From positions 8,556,001 to 8,620,000 of the forward strand of contig NC_135673.1 of assembly GCF_964188315.1 (NCBI RefSeq): 64,000 nucleotides of DNA, read 5' to 3'. Both the position numbers and the translations under genes were made by a program. This DNA is from Podarcis muralis. Its lineage: Eukaryota. The notes under the pieces are model-generated. The model did no database searches. It saw only the letters and a program-made list of their open reading frames with translations, and was not told the DNA's origin. This document shows, piece after piece, positions 10,934-21,730 of the stretch; within the stretch, counting starts at the first letter, position 1, and every line of letters starts with the position of its first letter.

Positions 10934-11640
10934 GAAGAAGAAGAAGAAGAAGAAGAAGAAGAAGAAGAAGAAGAAGAAGAAGAAGAAGAAGAAATAATGC
11001 CTAAAACCCTGCTGTCCCCAGCCAAGGCCGGGCTCAGGGCAGCTAACACCAAATATATAATACATTAAAAACACAAAATCAAACGACTGATTAAAACACA
11101 GCTCAAAATCACAGTAAAATCAATATAAAATGAAGTGGCAACCCACGAATCACAGCCATGAAGGTCGGAATATTAAATGTTCACCAGGCCTGGTCACTCG
11201 TGCTGGTCCCATATGGGCCGATAGAAAGCGCCAAGGGGGCCACTTACATACAGGGTTTCATGGGGAAAGGGGGGTCAGACGGGGCCCAGACCAAAGGCCT
11301 GGCAGAACAGCTGCATCTTGCAGGCCCTGCGGATTAGATTGGATTGATCTTTATTACGGCCATTGGCCCGTTACCCGACAGTTTCCCATACCAACATATT
11401 ATACTTAAACCTTACAAAGATGTCACATCCTGCAGGGCCCTGGTCTCTTGTGACAGAGCATTCCACCAAGCTGGGGCCAGGGCTGAAAAGTCCCAGGCCC
11501 TGGTCGAGGCCAGTCTAACCTCCTTGAGGCCTAGGACCTCCAAAGTATTATTATTTGTGGACCGTAAGGTCCTCTGCTGGGCATGCCAGGAGAGGTGGTC
11601 CCGTAGGTACGAGGGTCCTAGGTAAGTCAAAAGTCCTACT
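10934..11640 (-). mobile_element. Degenerate L2 3' end with (CTT)20 tail
   Basis: Minus frame reads LGPSYLRDHL...FSALAPAWWNALS. (GAA)20 at 10934-10993 forms the tail. An 83-bp insert sits at 11333-11415. Confidence 0.8.
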
Positions 11641-11887
11641 AAGCATAAGAGCTTAAGAGCATAAGAAGAGACTTTGTGGATCAGGCCAATTGTCCACCTT
11701 ATCCAGCATCCTTTTTTCACAGGGGCCAACCAGATGTCTGTGGGAAACCTGCAAGCAGGATTTGAGCACAAGGGCACTCACCCTGCCTGTGTTTTCCAGC
11801 AACTGGTATTCAGAAGCTTTGCTGCCTCCAACTGCCCCATTAATTTCAATAGGAAATAAGTTTAGCTGACAGCTTGGAGTCAAAATA

Positions 11888-12019
11888 NNNNNNNNNNNNN
11901 NNNNNNNNNNNNNNNNNNNNNNNNNNNNNNNNNNNNNNNNNNNNNNNNNNNNNNNNNNNNNNNNNNNNNNNNNNNNNNNNNNNNNNNNNNNNNNNNNNNN
12001 NNNNNNNNNNNNNNNNNNN
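11888..12019. other. Assembly gap (132 N)
   Basis: Run of N. Confidence 0.99.
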
Positions 12020-12154
12020 CAGCAAAAAGTACTAAAAGTACTAATTACTCCTTGCGATCTGGTTCATCCTGATTTTTTCCTTGCACAATCAAATTATATT
12101 GCATCTGGTGGCTTTTATCTCTGCATGATTCAACAAGATATATGCAACCCTCAC

Positions 12155-12264
12155 CTGAATTCCCATGGTCTTCAATCTCTCTACCCAAAGATTCATATCA
12201 AAAAACGTAGAAAAACAGGACTCGTGAGCTGTGAGAACCATAAGCATTTGCCCATTGTGAAGAT
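12155..12264 (-). CDS. TMEM268: TMEM268 coding exon 2
   Basis: 110 nt, (D)LHNGQMLMVLTAHESCFSTFFDMNLWVERLKTMGIQ; compare recalled human LHNGQVLTVL...LQTWGIQ. TTCCAG acceptor, GTGAGG donor. Confidence 0.92.
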
Positions 12265-12572
12265 CTGGAAGGCAACAGTAAAGAAGACTGAGTATAAGCA
12301 TTGTGGAGTGGCTATCATGTCATAGCAGTGCATGTGCTTTGTGTGGAAATGGTCCCAGAAAGGATGTGGTGTTCTCCAAATGTTCTGCACTATATCTTCC
12401 CTGATCTCTGATCATTGGCTATGTACCATTCTGGATATCTTCTGGTCTCCTCTAAGTAGAACCATCTCTCAAGTATTTAATGCATGAGTCCTTCCCAGAA
12501 ATACAACCAGAGATCCTTTAGAAATTAGGAATATAGAAGGATTCTGAGGATACATATTTGTCCATGTAAGTA

Positions 12573-12814
12573 CAGTGGTACCTCGGGTTAAGTACTTAAT
12601 TCGTTCCGGATGTCCGTTCTTAACCTGAAACTGTTCTTAACCTGAAGCACCACTTTAGCTAATGGGGCCTCCTGCTGCCACTGCGCCACCGGAGCACGAT
12701 TTCTGTTCTTATCCTGAAGCAAAGTTCTTAACCCGAGGTCATATTTCTGGGTTAGCAGAGTCTGTAACCTGAAGCGTATGTAACCTGAAGCATATGTAAC
12801 CTGAGGTACCACTG
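12573..12814 (+). mobile_element. Tigger-like MITE, family B
   Basis: TA|CAGTGGTACCTCGGGTTAAG...AACCTGAGGTACCACTG|TA. Confidence 0.9.
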
Positions 12815-13019
12815 TAGTAGATTGCTCTGGCCTGGGAGATTTGGAGTTGAATCTGATTAGCCATGAAGCGGGATGAGCAACTCTTGTCAGTTTGTTTCAC
12901 ATTTTCCTGTCTAAAGCTCAGTTCTCCAATTTCCACATCAGTTTGCAAATAATAATAATAATAATTCTCATGAAAGTTCATTTGCATTTTTGTACATACT
13001 TCTCCTAGTATACAAATCG

Positions 13020-13525
13020 TTTCCCCCGATAAATGCATGCTTGCATGCTATTTTCACTACCCCTGGCCAGAACCCCCTTGACATGATTTTATATTTCCTT
13101 GCAGACACAGATAAGTATGTGACCTGGCGGGTAGCACTTTTTGCAACTGCTGCTAGGAAAATTAGAGCAAATGATATAGCCAAGGTAGCCATTAACTGTA
13201 AAGGTGATGAATTTATTTGATTCTATCTATCTACCTCGGGCTATGCTCTATCTTTGTCACCACACTCTGAGTATAAATTGCATACTGTATTAATTGATAT
13301 TGTTTTTAACATTAGTGACCATGTGATGATTTTAGCTTATGAATTTTATTGTTTAATGTTTTTATTTGTACATTGGGGTATTTTCATAGCTTTGTTTAGA
13401 GTACGTAATGTTTTAATAATGTAAATGTTTTAAGTCCTTTTTTTATCAATTCAGTATATATTTTTTTAATTGTCAAATAATTCTGTGTACATTGCGGCAG
13501 CCTTTGGCTATGTGCAATAAAACTG
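13020..13525 (+). mobile_element. LINE 3' remnant (RTE-X/Rex-like; clade uncertain)
   Basis: Frame ILYFLADTDKYVTWRVALFATAARKIR, then a 3' UTR ending GCCTTTGGCTATGTGCAATAAA. Confidence 0.5.
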
Positions 13526-15544
13526 GCTGAGGCTATTTTCACTAATATATGCACTTCTATGCACAGGGTACGATTTTTCTTTGTCTGCATTACTCAGTTT
13601 GAGATATGTGTCGTGAAATTCCATAAAGTGCAAATTTTGGGGGCTGGCTGTGTTTGAGTTAACTTATCATTTTGGAAACTGTGGTTTACGTATGTGTGAC
13701 TTTAAGTGTGAACTGAATCGAATTTCTCCCCTATCCCTACTGGAAATGCTAAGGATGGAAATTGTTCTGTGTGGAAAGCAGGGACCTTGTCACTGAGCTT
13801 TCAGCCCTTCCGAAGAAAAGATTCAGCTTCATAGATTCTTTGACTGGACAGCTAATGGGACACCTTCCCAGAAGTTGTTCAACTTCCACCCCCATCATCC
13901 TTGATCATTAGCCACGCTGGCTTGGGCTGATGGCAACTGTGGTCCCAACAGAATCAGGAATGAGCCAGAGGGCATTCTGTATTCATCGCATGCAGAAATC
14001 AGTTCTGCTGCAATTGGTTTTCTTCCAAAAACTATGCTATTTTTCTCTCTGTTCTGCTGTGGTGAAGTTGCATAACTTATGTAAGTTAAGCAATTAATGT
14101 AGATTATAGAATATATTCTTAGTACGTTATTCCAAGCCATTCATTTCAATGCAAAGGAAACATGATATATGCAGGTGCTGTAGTTACACCCTGTGCCATA
14201 GACCCCGCACTGTATAGTGTGGGGATTCATTTAATGGCCTCCAATATCCCACCCATCTCTATGGTTCTTTGATTCCATGGCAGTCTTTCCCAATGTGGGA
14301 CCCTCCAGATGTTTTGGACTACAACTCCCATCAGCCCAACCCAGCATGGTTAGGAATGATAGGAGATGCAGTCCAAACATCTAGAGGGTCTCAGGTTTAG
14401 GAAGGCTATTTCTCAGGCAGAAGTATTGTCTCAGCTATAATGCACACACTCCATTTATAGCTGGAGGTACCAGGGACAATTATCTGTGTGCAATTATCTG
14501 CACACTGCTGTACCATTGAGTTATCATCATCCTTGAAGGAAAAGAGACGGTAAAGGTTGTCCAACAATTTCTGGAGCAGGGAAGGGGGAATAGCCTACTG
14601 ATCCTCCAAAAGACATCACTGAAGTATCATATTGAACTGATCGTGCAATGGCTGCCATAAATTTTACCACATTATTCTTTTGTTTTAAATTAGGGTTACC
14701 AGACGTCCCCGGACCCTTTCCTAAAATAAAGCATGAAATCCCCCCCCCCCAAAAAAGTGTCCCTGGATTCCTTGAAAAAAATATGGTAACCATATTTTAA
14801 ATTGCATTTGTTTAAATGTGAAACCTGGTGAAGCCCAGTCCATTAAAGACACTACAGTGCATTAAAATATACCTAAATATCAACACAAGGCGATTCATGG
14901 ATGGAAATTCTTTCTCTCGAATAGTTTCTATGGGCTCCTCCAGACAAGCTATTCATTGAGTATTCATTTTGATTTGCTTGCAATGACATACCTTGGGATC
15001 TCAAATTCCTGTGGTGCCCTGTGCAATGCCAAATTCAGTGGCCCCCCCTTGCCTTCCATTCTACATCATAGTTGCAGCACCCCCTATGGCGCTTCCATGC
15101 TCTGCACCCAGTGCAACTAAACCAGTTGCACTCTCCTAAATCTACCTTTGTTGCTTGCTCAAAGCTTGCACAGAGGATAAATTATATCCAACTCATTCTG
15201 TTTGGTTTGTGGTTATACAACAATAAGCATTCACCCTTCATTCATCCTGATTTGCTTGTGCAGTGTTTAAGCGTCTTCCAATTATTCATTCATTTATTTC
15301 ATTCTTTTTCTCCTTCACTTACCTAACCACAAAATATCTGTTTCTTTTCCTAAAGTGGATTTGCTACATTGGGAAAACAAACCCCTAAATCAGCTGCAAT
15401 TGCACATATCTAAATTTCCTTGTTTGAGTTTTAATCCCTCCTGCAAAACACTGACAGTCTGGATGTGACCCATGTTTAGTTCAGTGTGTGTTGACTATTC
15501 TACACCTCATTTTTGGCAATCAACAGTGCATTCATCTACATTAC

Positions 15545-15653
15545 CTTCCTTCCAGTAGTCTGAATGTTCCTCCCCTTGGGTCTGACAGTAAGACACGGAG
15601 AATGGTAATTCGTCTTCCTTAGACATGTCCACTTGCCTTTTCCAACAAGCCAT
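15545..15653 (-). CDS. TMEM268: Transmembrane protein 268, first coding exon
   Basis: MACWKRQVDMSKEDELPFSVSYCQTQGEEHSDYWKE + 1 nt, then GTAATG donor. Resembles the human N-terminus MACEPQVD. Phase 1 matches the next exon. Not in the ORF track because it is short. Confidence 0.8.
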
Positions 15654-16198
15654 ATTGCAGAGCAGTGTCATTCAAGAATTTTAGAATCAGATGATGGAAA
15701 ATCTAGCTTTCTGCATCCACATCTTCCACCTGGAAGTTGCTCTGTCCTAGGAAACACCAAGCTAATCATGTGATATCTGATCTGAGAGGTGGTCAAGGGT
15801 TGCAAGTGGAGGCCAAGCAAGCTCAAGATGGGTCCTGAGATGGAAACCTACTTGTCTGAGCTCTCAGTAGAAGATCTGTTGCAGAGTTCTGCCTCTGTTA
15901 CTTCACATCCTCCTCCTTTCATGAAGCTTCATTGAGTCACTATCTGAAGCAATGTTATATACTCATCAACAGTGGGTGGAACGAGACTTGGCAAGAGGCC
16001 CATGAATGTATGCAACATAGGTCCTGCATTTGCCAAGCAAGGGAAAATGCAAGTTATGTCATAATCCAATTACAGGGCCTTTTTTTTCTGCTGCACTTTC
16101 AGAAACTCAGCCTGTCAATGTTTTGTCTTCTCTGCTGTTTTCTCTTTGTTGAATTTCTTTTTCTCAATTCATGCGCCTAAACACACATACACAAACAT

Positions 16199-16395
16199 AA
16201 AAAATCCCTTCCAGTAGCACCTTAAAGACCAACTAAGTTAGTTCTTGGTATGAGCTTTCGTGTGCATCTGAAGAAGTGTGCATGCACACGAAAGCTCATA
16301 CCAAGAACTAACTTAGTTGGTCTTTAAGGTGCTACTGGAAGGAATTTTTTTTGCTTTGACTATGGCAGACCAACACGGCTACCTATCTGTAACTA
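16199..16395 (+). mobile_element. Penelope-like element 3' fragment with inverted 5' arm (hairpin)
   Basis: Arm 16199-16267 is the reverse complement of 16282-16350 with one mismatch and a 14-nt loop, followed by unpaired ...GGCAGACCAACACGGCTACCTATCTGTAACTA. Inverted truncated ends are typical of Penelope insertions. Confidence 0.8.
16268..16302 (+). ncRNA. Minimal type-I hammerhead ribozyme motif in the Penelope fragment
   Basis: CTGAAGA-A-GTGTGCATGCACAC (palindromic helix II)-GAAA-GC-TC|ATACC matches the CUGANGA...GAAA...UH core with a palindromic AGCT helix III. Helix I is shortened in this copy. Confidence 0.65.
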
Positions 16396-16396
16396 T

Positions 16397-17083
16397 ACTC
16401 ACAGCTGTCCATGGAGGCGCAGGTCAATTCTGTATCCAGGGCAGCTGTCTACCAACTCCACCTGGTACGCAGGCTGAGACCCTACCTGCCCGCGGACTGT
16501 CTTGCCAGAGTGGTGCATGCTCTAGTTATCTCCCGCTTGGACTACTGCAATGCGCTCTACGTGGGGCTACCTTTGAAGGTGACTCGGAAACTACAGCTAA
16601 TCCAGAATGCGGCAGCTAGACTGGTGACTGGGGGCAGCCGCCGAGACCACATAACACCGGTCTTGAAAGACCTACATTGGCTCCCAGTACGTTTCCGAGC
16701 ACAATTCAAAGTGTTGGTGTTGACCTTTAAAGCCCTAAATGGCCTCGGCCCAGTATACCTGAAGGAGCGTCTCCACCCCCATCGTTCTGCCCGGACGCTG
16801 AGGTCCAGCGCCGAGGGCCTTCTGGCGGTTCCCTCATTGCGAGAAGCAAAGCTACAGGGAACCAGGCAGAGGGCCTTTTCGGTAGTGGCGCCTGCCCTGT
16901 GGAATGCCCTCCCATCAGATGTCAAAACGATAAACAACTACCTGACATTCAGAAGACATCTTAAGGCAGCCCTGTTCAGGGAAGTTTTTAATGTATGATA
17001 TTTTAGTGGGGTTTTTGGTTTCTATGGAAGCCGCCCAGAGTGGCTGGGGAAACCCAGCCAGATGGGCGGGGTACAAATAATAA

Positions 17084-17113
<30 letters not shown>
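16397..17113 (+). mobile_element. Young 5'-truncated L2-clade LINE
   Basis: Uninterrupted ORF 16411-16998 with SRLDYCNALYVGLP...LQLIQNAAARLVTG and RAFSVVAPALWNALP motifs, a 3' UTR and a (TTA)n tail. Confidence 0.92.
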
Positions 17114-17116
<3 letters not shown>

Positions 17117-19255
17117 CACAAACATGTACAAGTCATTAAGGTACCGTGAGTGGGGAGGGGAGGCTGAAACAAAATGTTGCAATGTAGAGAGCTGCTGTCA
17201 TCAGTGGTTGGTGCCTATTGAGATTGGTAGGGAGGAAGACTGAGAAGCCAGCACTAGGTGGAGCCTGAGCCAATGACAGAGCTAACTTATTCTAGATTTG
17301 ATCTTATCCTATTCTCTTCACAGCTCTATAATGCCAGCACTGAGAATAAGGAGGAGCAGGCTAACAGCTAAGCTAACTGTCCATCAACTGGACTGTTTGT
17401 AAATAGGAAGGAGGGCAGGTGGCAGCTGACTAAGGACAGAATGAGGCTGATGGGACAGCACCCATTTCCCCTTTTAGACCAGACTCCACTGGCTGCTATT
17501 CAGGGTTTTGCTTTGTTTTCCCTGGAGTTAAAACATAGGCAGGAGGCTAGTCCATGGGAGTGAATGGGACTTTCTCCTACCAACTATGGTCTGTTCCCTA
17601 TCAGACAGCTGCCATCTGTTTGCCTGCCTGCCTTCATCCTTACTACTAGCCAGGGGGTGGCCTTAGCTATCAGCTCCCTCCTCATTATTATCAGTGCTGC
17701 TCTTGCAGAACTCAGGATGGGGACAGAATCAGAATTAGCCAGCTCAGCCTGTCATTGGCTCTAGAGCCACTTACTGTTTGAATTCCTCGCCTTCTGCCCT
17801 ATCAGTCCCAAAGGGCATCAACTCCCTTCCCCAGGATATCCCACACCCTTACCCCTCCACAATCACCCTGCTAAGAAAACAACACTCAGCATTATTTTAC
17901 CACAGAGTATGCTCAGTCCTCAATGAATTGTTTTAGGTTCCCACAACCCCTTGTGGGTCTGTCCGTCCCACTAAATATTTTTGGTACTTATGCTTATTCC
18001 TCCCTGTGCATGTACAATGCCCCTTCTGGCTACATAATTATTGACACTTGGAGAATGCATTTCTGTTAGTAAATAGCAGGGGTGGTGAACCTATGGTCCC
18101 CCAGGTGTTTCTGGACTACATATCCCATCATCCCTGATTATCAGTGATGCTGGCTGAGGCTGATGATGGCTGAAGTCCAATAACAAAAAGGCTACTGGTT
18201 CTCCATCCCTGGGATATAGGGTGCAAACAGGTCATGTAGCCCTAATCAGGGGGTCCATGAGTTGATTGAGTCAACCAAGTTGAGGACCACCTGCCACACC
18301 CTTGATCTGGTCCTGAATTAATTTTGGGAAGGGACTAATGTTTAATTACATATGGCTGGGGGGGGGGGAGAAATTTGATCTCTTTCTGCCTCACCACTCT
18401 TGACCAGGAGCAGGGATGGGGGTCAGTTCTTCAGGCTGCTCCTTCACAAGCAGGTTCTCTGAAAAAACATTTTCAAAGGAAAATCCTGTGGAAAGCAGGG
18501 GCAACACCTCCTTTGAAGAGAGGCACAGCCCCTGCATGATGTTCTTTTGCAAACTGCTGCTCTGGATGGAGGCCTCTTGCAAAGGAGCACCGTGCACCAC
18601 ACAGGATTGATGCCTCCACTGCTGCTTCAGAACTGGTCTCAGGCAGGAAGGAGTGGCAGGTGGCAGGCACCTACCTTTCCCCAGAAAGACACAGCCCATG
18701 GTCAGGGTAGGGTTATTGTGGGGGGTTTCCCACCCAGTGCCTGCCTATTCTCCCTGTCTGACATTCCGTAGCCTGATGGCCATGGATGCCATCCAACCCA
18801 ACTTGTAACGATCCATGGCTGTACCGAAGTCACCCAAATATGGCTGATCTGGGTCATGCATCAGCCAAATCTGTTGCACAGCCCTCAGTGCAATCCATAG
18901 TCTGCACTCTTTCACTTGTGAGGCTTGTTATGCATTGCAAACCAGAAACACAAGACCCCACTTGTACAAAAAATGAAGAAAGAATATGGGCTGCATACCC
19001 TTGGTTCTCAAGGTCCTTTGGTTCCGTGGATTTATCCCCAGTGCCCTCTACCCTATAAAGAGCATTATTCAGAATAGCAGTGCGCACAAGCCACTAAGAA
19101 AGATAATATCACAATGACATTCAAAGCAGCAAGCTTTTATTCATTCAAAATCCAGTTAAAACTATCCAGTTTAATTAACTCAACCAAACTGATGAACTTG
19201 ATCCAGTCTTACCAGCTTTTCAAAGCCTGGTAGTCATTTACACCTCCAGTGTACA

Positions 19256-19258
<3 letters not shown>

Positions 19259-19288
<30 letters not shown>
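19259..19288. repeat. (AC)15 microsatellite
   Basis: Read directly. Confidence 0.9.
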
Positions 19289-19291
<3 letters not shown>

Positions 19292-19686
19292 CCTTGGCCC
19301 TAGGGAATCCCACCTCCTACCTCCACTTTGGGAACCACTGCTGTACACTAATAAATTCATTTTCGCTTGTCTTTTGTATATGGCTTGTACCTAGCCCGCT
19401 ATGATTGCATCAGTGGCATGTTGCATAATACACCCAACAGAAACAGAAACAAGAAAAACTTGGGAATTTTTGATCATCTCTCCTGTAACCATCCACCCAA
19501 CCATTACTCAACCACTTGCTGGGAATTATGAATGAGAAGCTGGACTAGCTTTCCATCCTCAGAGGTCCCTTAGGGTAGGAAGTGCACTCCCTTCTCCTTC
19601 ATCACTAAAATAATCTAGGTCTCTTGTGCATGAGTCAGCTTCTCTATGAGCTGCGGTAAAAAACAAAGACAATAACCTATGGAAAA

Positions 19687-19750
<64 letters not shown>
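19687..19750. repeat. (TG)12(AG)20 compound microsatellite
   Basis: Read directly. Confidence 0.95.
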
Positions 19751-19753
<3 letters not shown>

Positions 19754-19757
19754 TTAC

Positions 19758-19900
19758 ATTGCCGCCTCCTTCTACTGCTGTGCAGAACTCCGTCATAAAC
19801 ATCTGGTCCTCTTCCAAACAGGAAGGAGCGTCAAAGATCAAAATGCTGTAAGGTTTCCATAGAATTGCAGGATTGTTTAGATTGGGAGGAAGCAGGTAAA
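19758..19900 (-). other. Candidate 5' non-coding exon of TMEM268
   Basis: Donor-like ...GCAAT|GTAAGC at 19757 in non-repeat sequence; a plausible acceptor TTTCCTAG at 15747 precedes the ATG exon. The 5' boundary is a guess. Confidence 0.25.
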
Positions 19901-20914
19901 AAATATGGAAAGTCTTGCTGAATGCCGACCAAAATATTTTTCTCAGCTCAGACCAGCAAGGCAGCTTAGTGACTGCAAAGGAATTCAGTCATGTGTTCCT
20001 CAAATCCTGTGGTTTGGCTTCCAAAGGGGCCCTCTTGATAGTTCCACCACCCTCGGACATTAAGGGGGTGGCAGCCTGGGAAAAGGCATTCTTTGTGGCA
20101 GCCCCTAAACTGTGGTATTCCTTCCCCCATACAGGTGCATCTGGAGCTTTCATTATGTAGTTCTTGCTTCTTTATCTTCCTTTATTTTGACACGTGGGTA
20201 GAGATTGGGGAATGGTTCAGTTCAGGTCAGATTTAAAGGCAATTCTACCTACCGTAATTTTCGCTCCAAAACACGCACTTTTTTGCTCCTAGAAAGTAAG
20301 GGAAAATGCCTGTGCGTGTTAAGGAGCGAATGCACTCGACTGGATCCATGGCTGCCGTCAGTCAAGCAAAGCAAGCTTTGCTTGCTTTACAGCCAGGAGG
20401 AGGGGGAGGAGCCGAGGAGGGAGGGAGGGAAGGAGAGCCATGGCAGCAAAGCGGGCAGCAGCCGCTTACACGCGAGGAGGAACAGACGGGAGCCATAGGG
20501 AGCCGGAAAAGCGCCGCGTAGCCAGCAACAGCTGCTGCAGCCTCAGCTAGCAACGCTCTCTAAACGGAGCAATGAGGCTGCAGAGGGACGGCGGGGCACA
20601 GGAGGGCTCTGAGCCACGAGCGCAGTGAAAACCAGTAAAAAAGTTTTTAAAAAGGCTGCTGGGGACAGGAGGGCACGGGATGAGGGAGAGAGGGAAATTA
20701 CGATTCTCCCAGCGTCTCAGCTGATCCGCTGAGCAGGACTTGGGTTGCAGGGGATTCGCCATTAGCTGCGTAAAGCAGCAAAGAGGGAGAGAAGGAGCAA
20801 AGTGGGAGAGGAAAGGAGCTGCTTACACTGCTGTAAGTGGCTGCTGTCTGGTTGGCTCCTTTAAAGCAACAGTGCTCTTTCCCTCCTCCCTCCCCTCTCA
20901 GCTCGCCGAAAAGC

Positions 20915-21420
20915 TCCTTTTCCACACACCCCACTCGAGCTCCTTCTCCCCTTAAATCCCTCTCCTGCATCATTAGCCACATCCTTTTCCACACACCCCA
21001 AGCGTGTTCCTTCTCCCCTTAAATCCCTCTCCTGCATCATTAGCCACATCCTTCTCCACCCACCCCACGCGTGTTCCTTCTCCCCTTTAACCGCTCGCCT
21101 GCATCATTAGCCACATCCTTCTCTACACACCCCACGCGTGTTCCTTCTCCCCTTAAATCCCTCTCCTGCATCATTAGCCACATCCTTCTCCACCCACCCC
21201 ACGCGTGTTCCTTCTCCCCTTTAACCGCTCGCCTGCAGCATTAGCCACATCCTTCTCTACACACCCCATGCGTGTTCCTTCTCCCCTTAAATCCCTCTCC
21301 TGCATCATTAGCCACATCCTTCTCTACACACCCCACGCGTGTTCCTTCTCCCCTTTAACCGCTTGCCTGCATCATTAGCCACATCCTTCTCTACACACCC
21401 CACGCATGCTCCTTGTCCCT
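20915..21420. repeat. 67-bp minisatellite, about 7.5 units
   Basis: The GCGTGTTCC register recurs at 21002, 21069, 21136, 21203, 21270 and 21337, with diverged units at 20935 and 21404. Confidence 0.92.
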
Positions 21421-21447
21421 TGAATGCTTTTCCTTCCCTCCCTACTT

Positions 21448-21730
21448 AAAACGTGGTTACAAAGCACGGATCCACATGGATCCTCAGGATTTTTGCACTG
21501 GGTCACCCCAGGTTCACCATCAGATCACATAAAATGTCCATGGCTACAGCCTGCACCAAAAAAATCACGCACCCACTGTTTCATGGGGCTGCAATGGCGC
21601 AAAAACGTGGTTACAAAGCATGGATCCACATGGATCCACAGGATTTTTGCATTGGGCTACCCCAAACTCACCGTCAGATCACGTTTGTGGCCACAGCATG
21701 AACCACAAAAATCATACATCCACTGTTTTG
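21448..21730. repeat. Two diverged units of about 153 bp
   Basis: AAAACGTGGTTACAAAGCA.GGATCCACATGGATCC at 21448 and 21601. Confidence 0.8.

Noticed and set aside
11888-12019. N run near TMEM268 exon 2
   Set aside because: Assembly gap, no biological inference possible.
20306-20521. GC-rich ORF suggesting a first coding exon
   Set aside because: Lies inside the TA-flanked TIR element 20252-21815.
20915-21420. Regular array resembling CRISPR (also 1888-1982 and 61270-61365)
   Set aside because: Units are contiguous near-identical repeats with no unique spacers or cas genes; the DNA is eukaryotic.
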